A DNA stretch of 64,000 nt from Klebsormidium nitens (Eukaryota; Plantae; Klebsormidiophyceae), in NCBI GenBank assembly GCA_000708835.1, contig DF237266.1, positions 1 to 64,000 on the forward strand, written 5' to 3'. Shown here piece after piece: positions 50,060 through 62,884 of this stretch (its first letter is position 1; each line of letters opens with the position of its first letter). The notes under the pieces were generated by a model, which made no database searches, had not been told where the DNA came from, and worked only from the letters and a program-made list of their open reading frames with translations. The translations under genes and the position numbers were made by a program.

Positions 50060-53039
50060 ATGGACCACAATCGTTGTGTGCCAGCACTCCTGTTCCTTGT
50101 TCTCAATTTTGTGCTTTCAAACAGCTGCCAGGGCACTCCTAATGTGGGTACTAAGCCCCTTCTGCTCGACAACAAGCATGCAGCTTGCAGTGGTGAGTGA
50201 TGGCAACAAGCATCTTGGACTCAAACTTTTGTGCAATTTCGGAGATGGGAAGATGTTAAAGCTGCCTGTTCGCTTCATCTGCTAAAAAGCAGACAATCTA
50301 ATGGTCCTAAACAATGAGCATTCTGTGTTGCCCCATTGCTCGGAACTGCACATCGTGTGCACTCCTGCTATTTATTGGTCAACACAGGGCGCACTGTCTC
50401 GCTGGTCCACCAGAGCTTGGCTAATTCAAAAAGTTTTGTGAAATGTATCTTTTGCCCCAATGTACTGGCCATTCACCTGTAACAAGCGCTCTCTCACTCT
50501 GTGTAGAATGTGATCAATCTGTATCATCTGTGCAGCCTGCATGGAGATTGCCAGCTTCATAGCTTATGCACTTGAGAACCCCAGCCCCGAGGTGAGTCTG
50601 CTATTTTCTAGCTGCTGTGATCAATGGCCTCCCCTCAGTTTTGTTTTGGTCCTTCACTCTCTGACCGAGAGTACTCAGCAATCTTGCTACATAGTGCTCT
50701 GGGAAGAAGGAGGCGCGCTTCTAACAGCACCATGATTGCTTCTACTAGCCCTGAGTCTAAAAAGGAATGAAAGACGATGTCTGCAAGCAGGTCTCAAGTG
50801 AAAGGGAGACTGAATGTCACCTAACATCTGGCAGCGGACATCATCGTAAGCAAGTACTTTAACAAGGATCGCTGAATTTTGTCCTGTACGCAAATGGCAA
50901 GATACACTCCCCTCCCTTCGTCCTTGACAGCTGTTGCACCAAGGTCATGTTCAAGATATGGTGGGCGGGAAGCGGGTGCATATACCCTATGTGAAGAGCC
51001 AGCATTATGCCAGCGACCTTCTAGAGGCTGTATGCAATTCATCCGTGGTTGCAAGGCTGGTCAGGTGAGCTTTCACTTGGTTTTACTTTATGCATTCGCC
51101 GGTTGTTCTGTTTGAGAGGGCGTGCCTACAACCAAAGACAAGGGTCAATTCTTTTACGGGATGAAATCGATTCTGGGATCTGTTTTCAGAGTTGCAAAAT
51201 TGACCCTTGGAGCCAAAGCTTAAGAGTTATTAAGTCCATCACTTGCTAGACCATATAGCCCAACGGGGTGCCTGAGGCATTCCTTTTGTATCCTGCGCCA
51301 CTCAGCCGATGCCTTTCTGTCCTTCTTTTTCATCGCTGGGTATTTTGATGCAAAGCAGTGCATCTGGGGCAGCTCCCATTGTGACCAGAACATTCGATTG
51401 AAGCGACACAAAAGCGTCCGCTGATTGCAGGCACACATTTCGGGCACTCTGTGAGTATCTATACCTTCAAGCAGCGGTTCATGTTCGCTACAACTTCCTG
51501 ACTCTGAATATGTCGGTCATAAAGACCGAGATTTGAAACCAAAACCAGACGTCTTGCACTTGATCTGCAGGAAAGAGGATTGGCTGGGGCTGCCCTACTA
51601 TGCGCCAGACGAGGTGCCGGTTTACGCAAGGGACGCCCATGTTGAAGAGAGCCTCTTCTCCGCGGTACGTGCTGGCTTGCATTCGTCTAGTCTTAAAGTC
51701 TGACGAGAATCGTACTGACGTTTCAGGTGTGTTTCGCACTTCGCAGTTCCAGATTGGTCCATCATCATTAAAGACGGCTTCATCACAGTCACACGATAAG
51801 GCGAGTGGACAAGCTGAACTGGTCGTATGACGAAATCCTGCCGGCCTTGTTAAGAGGAGGGGAATGTAGCAACTGCGTTAACAGGCATTTTTTTCTATAA
51901 CGGTAACCCTCGACTGCTGAATAATCTGTTCAGCAGCGTGCCTGGGTGTTTTCTCGAGATCTCAGGAACTTCTCTTAGACGCGGCTTTACACGGAGTTTC
52001 TAAAATAGCGCCCATGATATGGTTGATTGTCGAACACCTCGGTACGTGATTCCAATGGACAGAGCAGTTGAACTGGGGCCTCAACTTCCAACTCATATAT
52101 TCGCACACGCATGCCGAGCCGGTAGGTAGACCATGGTTATTTCGAACCACCCATGGTCCAGACGTTATCATGCAAAGACCCCTCTCTCATTCCACATGAC
52201 TGATGCTTGCTGACTTTTTTAACTGTGCAGTGTGAGAAGCTGACCCACCAGCTGCTTCACCCCGCCCGGGGGATCCCCCGTCTGACCGACATAGTGAAAG
52301 CTCACCGAGCTCAGGGCGCGCCGGCGTTTATTTGCACAAACATCGTCCCAGGTAGGTGTCGCTTGATTCGGCTTAATCAGTTTGTAAACACTCTCATGTT
52401 ATGCTGTGATTGTCGCCGTAGCTCGCATGTAGCGTGGCACCAATCCCCTGCATTTCTGTTTCGAAGAAACAAGTCCCCCTATCCCAGCTGCCTGGACCAA
52501 AGCAAGACAAGATTTCTCTTCACATTGGATAAGTCAGGGAAGAGACGTGGAGTGAGAGATTTTCTTCGCGTTGATTTGTTGTCAGCCCCCGTTGCCCCTC
52601 CGAGGTTTGACCCTTTAAAAGGGCGACGACGTTTTGGTTCAAATCCTTTTCTACAAACCTTAAGGCGGATCTCCTTGCGGCATCTGTCAACCAAGCCTTC
52701 TGAGCGACTTCTTCGCTAGGATTGAGACTAACCAAACTTCTCAGCAGAACTCGTCTGCTTCTCACCGAGAATCTGAGCAAACTTCATGGGGCCTTTCCAG
52801 ATTGCCGGTGGAAAGATACATGGAGTGGACGACTGTTTGCCGGAGCCGAGCAAGCATTTGCCCATGATCCAAGCGTGCTCCTTCGACTCGCGCCCTTTGT
52901 GACAATAGGTGTTACTGTTCCGGTTCTGTTTGGTCTTTCCTTTATAGGACGGGGAGATTCGCAGACGGACACCGGTAATGATGGCGGCACAAAAGCGGTG
53001 AGAAAAGGAAAGTCTCGGACCAAACGGAAACATACCTGA
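50060..53039 (+). CDS. Canopy/MSAP-like saposin-fold protein with signal peptide, C-terminal TM helix and KxKxx tail
   Basis: Spliced product: MDHNRCVPALLFLVLNFVLSNSCQG..NKHAACS-ACMEIASFIAYALENPSPE-LLHQGHVQDMVGGKRVHIPYVKSQHYASDLLEAVCNSSVVARLVR-KEDWLGLPYYAPDEVPVYARDAHVEESLFSA-CEKLTHQ...FICTNIVP-DCRWKDTW...LAPFVTIGVTVPVLFGLSFIG...KGKSRTKRKHT*. The six cysteines follow a saposin-like spacing. Confidence 0.65.
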
Positions 53040-53842
53040 GCTGTCAGAAGTGGAGCACCGTTTGTTTGTTCTGTATGTCACACGTCGTTGCATCTTCGGG
53101 TTCTGTATGACTTCAAATCTGGCGCGGCGGTTTTACCGTCAAGACGGAAAACCGATTGCGGCGACTTTCCGCTGTAAAGCGCACATGTGCAAGCATTGAG
53201 CGCCAGGCTGGAAGTTTGCAAGTTGGCCAAGCATGCCAAGTCGATGATCTGAGAGCGCAAGCCAATTATTCGATCTTGAAAAGTCACTATATGAACGTCT
53301 TCAATATATGGTCGCGAAAACATTGCACAGTGCCTTTAGCGCAAATGGGCAGCCCGCGGCGTCTTAGTGTAGCTTCCGACGCACCGGCGCGCTGGGCCAT
53401 CATGGCATGCATGCAGTATTGCCGGTCGGCGCCCCTCAAGGATATCTGCCGCGAGGCCGTCACGAGTATATACTGATGGATGGGATCATGTATAACTCAT
53501 GAGGATTGAAGGCCTATCTCTGCATGGAGTTTTCATTCTAATTTTCATTCTAATCTAGGGCGGCAGCTGTTGATTGGCCAAACAGTGACAGCTTAATGGC
53601 CGCATCAGATTGCGATATAGTGATCAAGTCCGAGCTAGCAGTCGCTCGAGAGGAACGAACCACGGTCACCGATTGTGCAGATGCCATGGCGATCGACTGA
53701 TTGGCATGTCAATATTATCCTGACGGTTCACCATGTGCAGAGCTCAGTAGTCAGTGCTGGCAATTCGCGCTTAATTCAACAATGATGCGCTGATGGTGAC
53801 ACTCACGCATGGGCCTTGCATCCGGCGGCAATCGCACAATCA

Positions 53843-53913
53843 GAAACTTTCACATACGCGGTTGTTTCATGAAACTTTCACATACGGTTGTTTCATCACA
53901 CTGCAGTGTGATG
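53843..53913. repeat. Short tandem duplication followed by a perfect 20-bp palindrome
   Basis: GAAACTTTCACATAC(GC)GGTTGTTTCAT occurs twice (53843-53870 and 53871-53896). CATCACACTGCAGTGTGATG (53894-53913) is its own reverse complement. Confidence 0.85.
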
Positions 53914-54296
53914 CTTTGCATCGGTAATCCCATGCAGTAGTCATATGTTCATGCTCCGAGGTCGCGTTATCGTCTTATATAACAAGACATGCATCGATAT
54001 ACCTCGACTTATGTCATAAGGGTGGGAAGATGTCGGTCGAGGGCCGCCCTTGATACAACAGGCAATCACTCGTCTTTGCTGTCTGGCCAAATGTATCCTT
54101 TCACTTCACATTTTTAATCCAAGCAATTATCATTCCGCTCAGACCCATCGCGTGCGATAAATATCCCTACGAATCTACTGTCCGACATTACTCTCTACCC
54201 GGAAACATTCCCACTCTTCGCTTCAGTCCTTTGCAATGCGCTGATCCCGCGGTCCTTTCGACGAGACATACTCTTGAGTACGCTCGCACGTGCTAT

Positions 54297-57200
54297 CTAC
54301 GTATCGTATTGGCCCGGGCCTGGAGTGTCTGTCGGCATGTACACCAGTCTCTTCGCTTTGCCGAAACCCACGGCGGACGCGTTCCGCGCTCGTGAATTGA
54401 TCTGGAAGCCCTGCAAAGCGAGAGTCCAGAATCGTTCTGTAAAGTCTGCTCTGGTGCACTGACGGCGCCGAAGGAAAAACTCGGCCGGTTGCAAACAACC
54501 AGCACTTGGCTTGCTTATTCCATCAATCTGACCATCTTGAGAATATGGTCAGGCCAGCCGTTGGATACATTGACCTTGCAAAAGTTGCTCGTCTTTTACG
54601 AGACGAGATTCCGTAGCAACCCGTATCTAGTTATCGTTGGTCCTCTTTCGTCGCTGGGTTCGAGGCGATTTGAGATTTTTGTTGATTGGACAAATTGAAA
54701 AACCATTTTTGCATACTCCGACAGAGTGGTATTTGGTACAGCTTGCCCGCAACCGGAACACGTAGAACGGTTTGAAGAGGGAAGGAACCTCACAGCCGCA
54801 AGTTTGATTGGGGTAAGTCCTACACAGTCTTGAGATTACAAGCAGCATTACAGGAGACTCCTGAGGGGCAAACGCGTTACCGTCCGCCGTGCGTTGTCAC
54901 AGGCTTGTGCCACCGGTTACGCAGGACGGAAAGGAGTAGAGCCCGACAGGAAGGAGAGACTCAAAAACCCTTCTTCAGACAAACAAGAAACCTGGGCTCA
55001 CCAGTGAAGACTTGGGATTGTTCGACGCCGGCCCCGGGCTGCACGTGCCGTACTGGCTCTTTTCATGCTCCGTCGAGATGAACATCTGCAAGCAAACACG
55101 AAGAGTCAGATACGTCGAACGCGCTTCAAATACCTCGAACTGAACATATCACGTGTCAAGATGCTACGTTCGATGGCGGTAACAAGCCCTCGCCGCAACA
55201 TTGTCTTGCACCCAGCCGATCCGTTCCCAAGACCTGCGCACTTGGTGGAAACCGTGGGGGCCCCAAATCGCCGGCGACCTCAAAACTGGATGCTCCAGTT
55301 GTCAAGTCGCCCGTCAGATCCCCAGATTACCAAAGCGCCCACTCACTTTCGCCCTTTGGTCCCGCTGCGAGCTTCCGAAGCTGAAGGCGGGCACGTTCTG
55401 CTTTTGCGTCTGGGGCTGCTTCCCTACCGACCCGATCGAGTTGTACTGCCCCGCGCCGGGCGTCTTCGCAGCGCGCTCTACGAACTCGTACTGTGAGGGG
55501 AAAAGAGCGGTGTGAAAGCTCTTACGAGGAGGGGAAGTGGGATACAACGAGGGAATGGGGTTTGATATTGCAGGGATGAAGTTGTGAGGTTTTGGAAGGT
55601 TCCTGAGAAGCATTACGAAAAAGCGAAAAGGAGCGTGTGATTTTAGGAGCTATTGAAGAAAGAGCAGTATGCGAGCCGGTGCGGTCGGCAGGACAACTTA
55701 AAAAGCGAAGCGGAGCCGTACGAACGAAAGTGAAAGGTCCAACATTTGAAGCTAGCAACGGAGAATGATTTCGTGATACAGAAGATGTTACAAATGGTGA
55801 CTCCGAAAGCTTCGCTCGTGACATACTAACGGATTCGACAACGGATGCCTTCTTGACAAGTTCGATCCTCAGACAAGTTCGGGCTCAGATGTCCAAATGG
55901 ACTTTTGGTTCATGAATGAGCTCGAAGCCATCTCAACGAAGTGCCATTTTACGAGACGAAATGAGCGGCGCTGCTGACCTTGAATCTACCGGCGGTGCCG
56001 AATTTCCAGCCGGGCGGGCTTTTGTGGTCTGATAGCGGCTGACTCCCGATGCTGGACATGGCGCTGTAGCTGCTGGGGCCGGGGGAGTCCTGCCCAAAGA
56101 ACGACTGCCCACACACAGCGTGCCACGCGTCAGCAACTTGAAATGTACAACGTGCCACGTGTCAGCGGCGCAAATGGACCTTGAGATTTTGAACACGTCG
56201 TGGGTACATTGCGCTAGCATCCGTATCATTTTCGAGAAATGCTTTGCACTCCCCCCCGTTCTCCCCATTTCCCCCGATATGACGTCACGGACGCACAAGA
56301 CATGACGTTGGCAGAAGGGACCGACTTAGAAAGAGGAACGAGCAAGAACGCGTCTCGACCGCTGAAGCTGAAGCTGCTGAATCAGGAAATCTCATGCCTG
56401 ACGACATGCTTCTGTTGCAGCAGCTGACGTCAGAGTCTGACGTTAGCATTTGCGGAGCTCGAGCGCGCACCTTGGAGAAGTCGGGTCCCATGAAGACCTT
56501 GGCCTGGTTGTCGCGTGTGCTGCTCCCGAAGCCGACCGACTCGGGGGACCTCAACCGGGAGTCGACCTGGGGGCCGATCGACGAAGATCCCTGGTACTGA
56601 CCGGGCCCGGGGACATCCCCCGCGGTGCGAGGCTGCATCAGAAAACAAACGGAAAGTCGATATATGCGGTTGGGGATGCGGGCAGAACGCCTCGGTGCGA
56701 CCAGGCTTTTCTTTCTTTCGCGTGGAGAGGAGGAGACTTGTTGTTGACACTTCGCTGTTCTCATACCGGAACAGTGGACTTTTTAGCAGATTCAGCGATA
56801 CAGAACCAAACGGTCAATGTGGCACAAAGCGAGCGGGTGTCCGAACGCGGATTGCGCAAGGTCGCCGTCCGAAGACCTGAAAGAGCTGCGCCGTGGGCCG
56901 CCTAGGGCGACCAGCAGAGGGCTTTGCTGCTCTTTTCTGCAAGCTGTCAAGAAACACAATCAAAAGCATCCCCTGCTTCGCTTTCCAGTGCTTTTGCTTT
57001 AGCTACAGTCTCTTGTTCTGACCTTTCGTTCTCCCGGTCATATACAGTACATCTACTTCTGTCGTACCGGTTGTGCTCCCGCAACTGTCGTCACGAAGGC
57101 TGCGCTAGCTTTGGCTTGATCCCGGCTGCGCAAACAATCTTTAAGCTAAGCAATCTGCTTCTGAGCTCCTGAACGAGCTTGCTTCCTCGCTTTCTCCCCG

Positions 57201-58181
57201 ACCCATTTCGGCCAGGGTGAAGAAGCCCCGTCGCTGCACAAGAAGACATTTCTCTGGCCCTTGAAGGGAGTAGCTTCACCTCTCTTGCCTTTCCAAACCT
57301 CTTGGCACTCCCGAAGCTGACGTAAGTGGGCGACTCCTTATTGGACTCCAGCTGTCGGCCCAGCGACGACTTGACCTCGTACACAGGACCCGGGCTGTTG
57401 AGACCGACGGACGTCTTGGAGTGGTCCGAGTCGATGAACACCTGGAACAAACGGTAAGACGTAGTTAAGAGGAGTGCGTATGAGTTTTCATCTTTCTCAG
57501 TCGTTTGGACGAAAATGCTGGAGTCTTCGATGGATGCAATTGAATACCTGAGGGAAGACCAAAGTCCACGTTTGACGAGCTATGTTGAATAGATGTTTTG
57601 ATAAGTTCAATCTACCTGCGAGGAAGTCCGGAGGAGACAGAGGGCGTCAGCACAAGAACAAAGAGGGTGTGGGAGGTCGTGGGAGGCTCTTGGCAGAGGG
57701 ACAACGTCAGGATGATTCAGGGGCGAGCTACGAGAACGTCGCCGACTTACCTCAAGCTACTCGATGGCAACGGGACGAGAGCTGATCATACTCGCGGAGC
57801 ACTAATATGTACTTTGTTCTTCTCAGAAAAATGTTCTGATTCGTAGAGTCGAGTGCCTCCTCAACTACGATCTAACTAGATAAGGATGAAGATCAACGCG
57901 CTCACCTTTGCTGCCGCAGCTCGGTCTGAGCTTCCAAAGACGAAAGTGGGGGCGTTCACTCTGGTCGACACCGGCTGCAATAATAGGCACAGACGAGTTC
58001 AGGTAGCGACTAACTTCACGCTCCCTATTGAACATCATCACCGTTGGTGATGGATAACAACTAAAACTTGCTCTTACAGCTAAAAGCTGACAAACCCGTG
58101 GTGGTTCTGTGGTTACGTGAGGCGCACCCTGATGGGCAGTGCCACTTCATCAGAATCGTGGTTTTTTCGAGATCCTTTGGC
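54297..58181 (-). CDS. SHIPPO/ODF3 (sperm-tail PG-rich repeat) flagellar microtubule-associated protein; start exon not located
   Basis: In-frame exons with repeated PGP(G)xY motifs followed by S-S-(L/I)-G-x-Q...(F/W)xFG: VNAPTFVFGSSDR, NSPGPVYEVKSSLGRQ, VPGPGQYQGSSSIGPQ, DSPGPSSYSAMSSIGSQ, TPGAGQYNSIGSVGKQ, CSPGPASNNPKSSL-GFQ, DTPGPGQYDT* (TAG 54297-54299). Confidence 0.8.
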
Positions 58182-60107
58182 CTACAAGACTTCAAACACT
58201 GTGATCGTCCTTTCAACCTGAATACTTTACGTGCTCGCTTCGCCTACTGCTGGTTATTGGTGAATGCTCCATCCATGCAGGCTCTTTGAATCCAGGGACT
58301 TTCAGCAGCCTAAGCTCAATCAAACTGATATAAGCTGATCGTCCCCTCAGCAAGCTGGAACATTGGCCCGTCCAGCTTATGCCAAGATCCTGATCAAGAG
58401 TCAAAGCATGACGAAGCAGATGGCGCCCTCTTAAGATGTATGTAGGAAACTCGCGCCCCGACTGCCACCTGATGAACACCTTATACACAATTTGAAGACC
58501 CTGGAACCCAAGCGTGCCCTGTTGGTCCTGCCCTAGCCAATTGCGAATGCTGATTGGCTGCCCTTGAGATTGGGAGGTTATGACTAAACTTTTTCTGACC
58601 CTAAAAGATGTAAAGAGTATGCAGAAGTGGCTTGTACAGAAGTTTTACTGCATTCGTTCCCTCATTCTGAATCGAATCTTTCGAAGAACCCCGCAGGTTG
58701 CCTACCAAAGAAAGACGGTCAGATAGTGGACTAGACATAGTTTCCCCAGGCACGTGCAGGGACTCTAAGCCAGAATGCTACTGGAATTTAAAGATGGAAT
58801 CCAACCTGGGCTCCAAAAGTAGACTTCAGTCTACTCCTCTGAGCAGGGATTGGACTGGTTGACCGTGGTCTTGTCGGACTGTAATTGTGTTCCCTTGAGG
58901 GGGTGACAGAGCGGGCCCTCTCAGGGCTATCCATTTCTGCCCCCTACTTAGGTTGGCGCCTCCTTTTCTCAGCAAACGTTCTGTAGCCTCTGTTTTTCTA
59001 GCCAACCCTTGATTGCTGGTTTTGCAGCAGGTGTCGAGTCGGACGATGGCCCCGCAAAGACTCGCCCCAAAGCAGAGCCTGATCCTATGCAGAAGTCACC
59101 AATCAATTCTGCTTTCCCTCTCATTAAGCAACGTGTCGTCCATGTGACTTCCAAGGTTCTCGTGCACCTTGAAGCTTCTCTTCATCTCTCTGCAACCTTC
59201 CATAAGCCTGCTCTCTTCATCCTGAAGCGTCGAGGTCTTAGGCCGGGGAAGGCCTCCAGTCAAATCATCAGAGGCGAAGCTTGTGCAATGTGCACGGATT
59301 TCTTTGCCCTTTGCTTACAATGTTGTAGCGCAAGAATGAAGCCTCCAAGCTGCATTCATTCTTGGCAGAGCCGCCGCGCTCAATACTGACATAAGATTCG
59401 GGCTTTGACTCTGAGCCTTTCGTTGTCAGATTCTGGATTTGCTGCCTTAAAGTTGGTCAACCATTTGAGAATATCGTGCAGCAGCCAGCTGTTCCAAACC
59501 CTAATTTTCTTTGTGGCGCTGGTGCGGGTTCCTGAACGCCAATGATTAGGAGCTCAGCAAGAGAACGCTCCCCTAAGGCTTTTGCTCGTCTCGGACCGTC
59601 GATCGTTTTCGCAGTGCTTGAGAATCGCCGATGCTGGATTTGGGCTCTACACTGCAAGAGACCTAAAAGCTGAACCCTTCGAAAGCTCCGTAGATCGATC
59701 AGACTATAATCTTAGTGAGTAGGTATGAGTTCGACGACGATAACATTCGAAACTTCTTGTTCTGAAGTGGGGGACGCCAATGAGAGAGACAAAGCAGCCC
59801 GAGGAAAACGGAGAATAGGTAGTACTTTCAGAAATTGAAGCAGTCACCACGCAGGAGCCATTGAACAAAGCTAGGCGCACTGCGGCAGCTCAGCTGGGGA
59901 CGGAGGGCGCCAGGCTGACGTAAGGGCCAGGGTGGCCAAGCAGTTTTTGGGCAGTTTTCGGATACAATATTGCCTGGAATCTGCATGTATATGGTTGCTT
60001 GGTGCTAAGCTGACGTGTCAATAAGGCCACCCTGTCTTTTGAGGTGTTGGTCGATATCTGCCCGCACTCTCGCAGCCTGTGCTGGTCAGCCGTTAATCCC
60101 AGCAGTC

Positions 60108-62884
60108 ATGAGTGCCAAGGCGGCCGCAGAGAAGGCGGTCAAGACCGTCAGGGGCATTGACTGGGGGCTTTTGGAAAGGCTTGTGAAGTCGGATGATGGC
60201 AGGAAAGAGTTGTTGACGCTCAGGAGAACAATTGACGAGACCCGGACGCAGCTTGATCTCTTCAGGAAAAGGGTGAGTTCCGGGCAGATCACACTGCGTT
60301 CAAGCCGACAACCTCACTAAAAGAAGAGCTGTGGAGATCTTCTTTTATTTTGTTTCTCTTATTTCTAGGCTGTCCTGGTGAGATTTTTGAATGGATCAAA
60401 GAGGATCTCATGGAACAATATGAAGTTTGGCTACAGACTTATGTATGCCAATTTCAAGCAGTGCTCTGTTACTGCTTGGCCTAGGGTTTGATTGTTTCGA
60501 TCAGTCACGTAGGGGGTAAGTGCGTCTCTATCTTCCAATGGTTTTGAAAGCAGTGGCCCACCTGTTGATGTCATCATTACCACATGCATTGCAAGGAGGA
60601 CTTGTTGGTCCTTTCTGTAGTGCTGGCGTGCCAAATGTGGTCCCAAAGTGGTTAATCTTTGGACAAAGAAACCGTTTGTCTGGCTTGCAATGCAGTCAAT
60701 GTTGCTCAATTCACAAGCATTGATGCAACCTTGAGAGCAGTGGAATCAGTCAGGGAAGTTCTGGCCTTCGCTCAACAAAAGATTGGCACAGTTGAGAATT
60801 GCAAGGGTGTATTCGAAGATGCATGTTGATCCTGGCAGCATTCGAGGTGGATTGCTCTGGCTGCCAGGCTTGTTCTCCTACTTTGGGAAGTTGTGTTACG
60901 TACTTAATCTGATCAGGTGCTACTTGACTTCACAGTCAATGTGGACTGCTTACGGTCAGCAATCTGCGCATATTGCCTGGCTCTAATTCAATACTCTCTT
61001 GGGTCGCTGCATCCTGACCCACTGTGAACGGATTTCGTGTGATCACGGGTGTGCTTTCTGAAAAACAAGTAGAGCCCAAAATCTTGCAGTTTTTCTGCGT
61101 ACCTGCGGGCCCGCCTTATTTTCTGCGCACCTCCGGGTAGAATTTTATTGTCTTCTTGGTGGTCAAGTCAAGCTCCTGGAATGTGTGCCTCAGGCATCTA
61201 GGAATTACAAAGAAGGGGCTTCCACACTGAAATCAACCTTCAGTTTGGAATGACGTCAAGCATAATACCCTGCTGCTAAATGTTATTAATCCGGCGCGCT
61301 AAGCCACTCTAAAGAGGTGTGCCTTGCTCGGGACTTGGTTCCCTGCAGATAAGTGCTTGGTTGTTTTTGTCTATCGCCAGACGTTTAACCAGTGTCCTTC
61401 TCACTTTCTTCAGAAACCAGTCAACATTGATTGGAACTACTACAAGGCGGAGCTGAACCCCGTGATGATTGATGAGTTCAAGGCCGCATATGAGGGTGAG
61501 CTGCTACTCTGCTGTAGCCTGTTGTTTGACAACGTGCCCTTCCATTTTTTTCGTCTTGCATATAGAAATTATCTAGGTTCAGCATATTGTTCGCTTGTCT
61601 CAAGCTTGCCAGGTGGAGCGCGATGCATTTCCTAGTCCCGGTTTATCATGGTATGAGCTGACTTACGAGCATGATTCTTTGCAGATGTCAAGATTGGCGA
61701 GTACAAGGAAACGCTCTCGCCCAAGTTTGAGCAGGACTACAAGGAGATGGTATGATTCCTTGAGTGTGGCTTTTTGTTGTTGTGTTGATCATGTGGTTGA
61801 CAAGTTTTCCTCAGTTGCCCATCAAAAGATGGTTGCTCTGATCAGCGATGTGGAGCTCAAATTTGTTACAAGAGGCTTGCCCAAGAGCACTCTGTGTAAC
61901 GCATCTGCCTTTTGTTGATTAGGTTGCTAAATGCTGCTAAGCTATTTACTCAGAAACAAGCTTTGTCAGGTGTCTGGAAAACTTTCTGCGCTGGTCTTCA
62001 ACGAAGCTCTGCCATCCAAACCTGTGTCCTCTTTTTGGAAGACCTCATCTGTCTCAGTATACGGTCCTTGCTACCAGATTGTCTGTCCAGTATGGATTGG
62101 ATCTGTTTCGGCATCTGATTGCCCGACGTTCTGGATAAAAGTAGGGCCAGCAGCGGGAAGGTGCAGTTCATCTGTACTTTGTGTTAAGGTAACTTGCAAC
62201 AAACTGCTCCTGATTGTTAGTAGTTCGCCTTGCATGATTCCAGGTGACGAAGGCTGCTGAAGCAGCAAAGGAGGCTAAAGTGGAAGCCGCCAAGTTGGAA
62301 GCTGAAGCAAAGGAGCTCGAGAAGCAAAAGGTGACAAATGTTCCAGTGGATACTGATGGACTATCATTCGGGACCGATGACTCATTTGAAGTTTCGTTGT
62401 GTGAAGTCGGTCGAATGAAATGGATGGTTCTTTTTGCAGAGAAGGCGCGCCAGTGCAAGGATCACTGTGGATGCTGCTATTCTTTGCCGAATTGTAAGAA
62501 CCTATAAAGGGAAGCACTTTTGAAAGGAGCCCCACAATCAATCGTTACATACATGACAGCAGGCGGTGCCGTAAATTGTAAATCTGTCCTGTTGGATGTT
62601 GCTGCAAATGAAAGCAATTGCTAAAGGGCTCTGTTTTAATTGATAAATTCAAGTTTGTGTCTTGTGGTTTATTGCTTCTTTCGCTTTCCCCTCCCCCTTC
62701 TTTTTGCGGTTTCCCCTCTTTGCTTTACCATCCAGATTCCTAAGGTGAAAACGGGATATCTGTCTCAATGCAGGCTGCCCTCAAGACCCTCACGGCTGAC
62801 GAGTACTTCAAGTCCCACCCTCAAGTCCTAGAGCAGATTGATGACGAAATCCGACAAGGAATCTGGGGGCCCTCCAAGGAGTAG
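60108..62884 (+). CDS. ATPQ: Mitochondrial ATP synthase subunit d
   Basis: Five exons: MSAKAAAEKAVKTVRGIDWGLLERLVKSDDGRKELLTLRRTIDE, KPVNIDWNYYKAELNPVMIDEFKAAYE, DVKIGEYKETLSPKFEQDYKEM, VTKAAEAAKEAKVEAAKLEAEAKELEKQK, AALKTLTADEYFKSHPQVLEQIDDEIRQGIWGPSKE*. IDW...ELxxLRR and ADEYFxKHP are the plant subunit d pattern. Confidence 0.92.

Noticed and set aside
24503-53778. Shared 12-mer GCGCTTAATTCA (24503 and 53767) and other 12-mer matches between intergenic gaps
   Set aside because: On the order of a hundred chance 12-mer matches are expected within 64 kb, and the flanks do not align.
59009-59389. 126-aa plus-strand ORF upstream of ATP synthase d
   Set aside because: It has no recognisable domain or clear ATG start. 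It probably falls in the 5' region or first intron of the SHIPPO gene.
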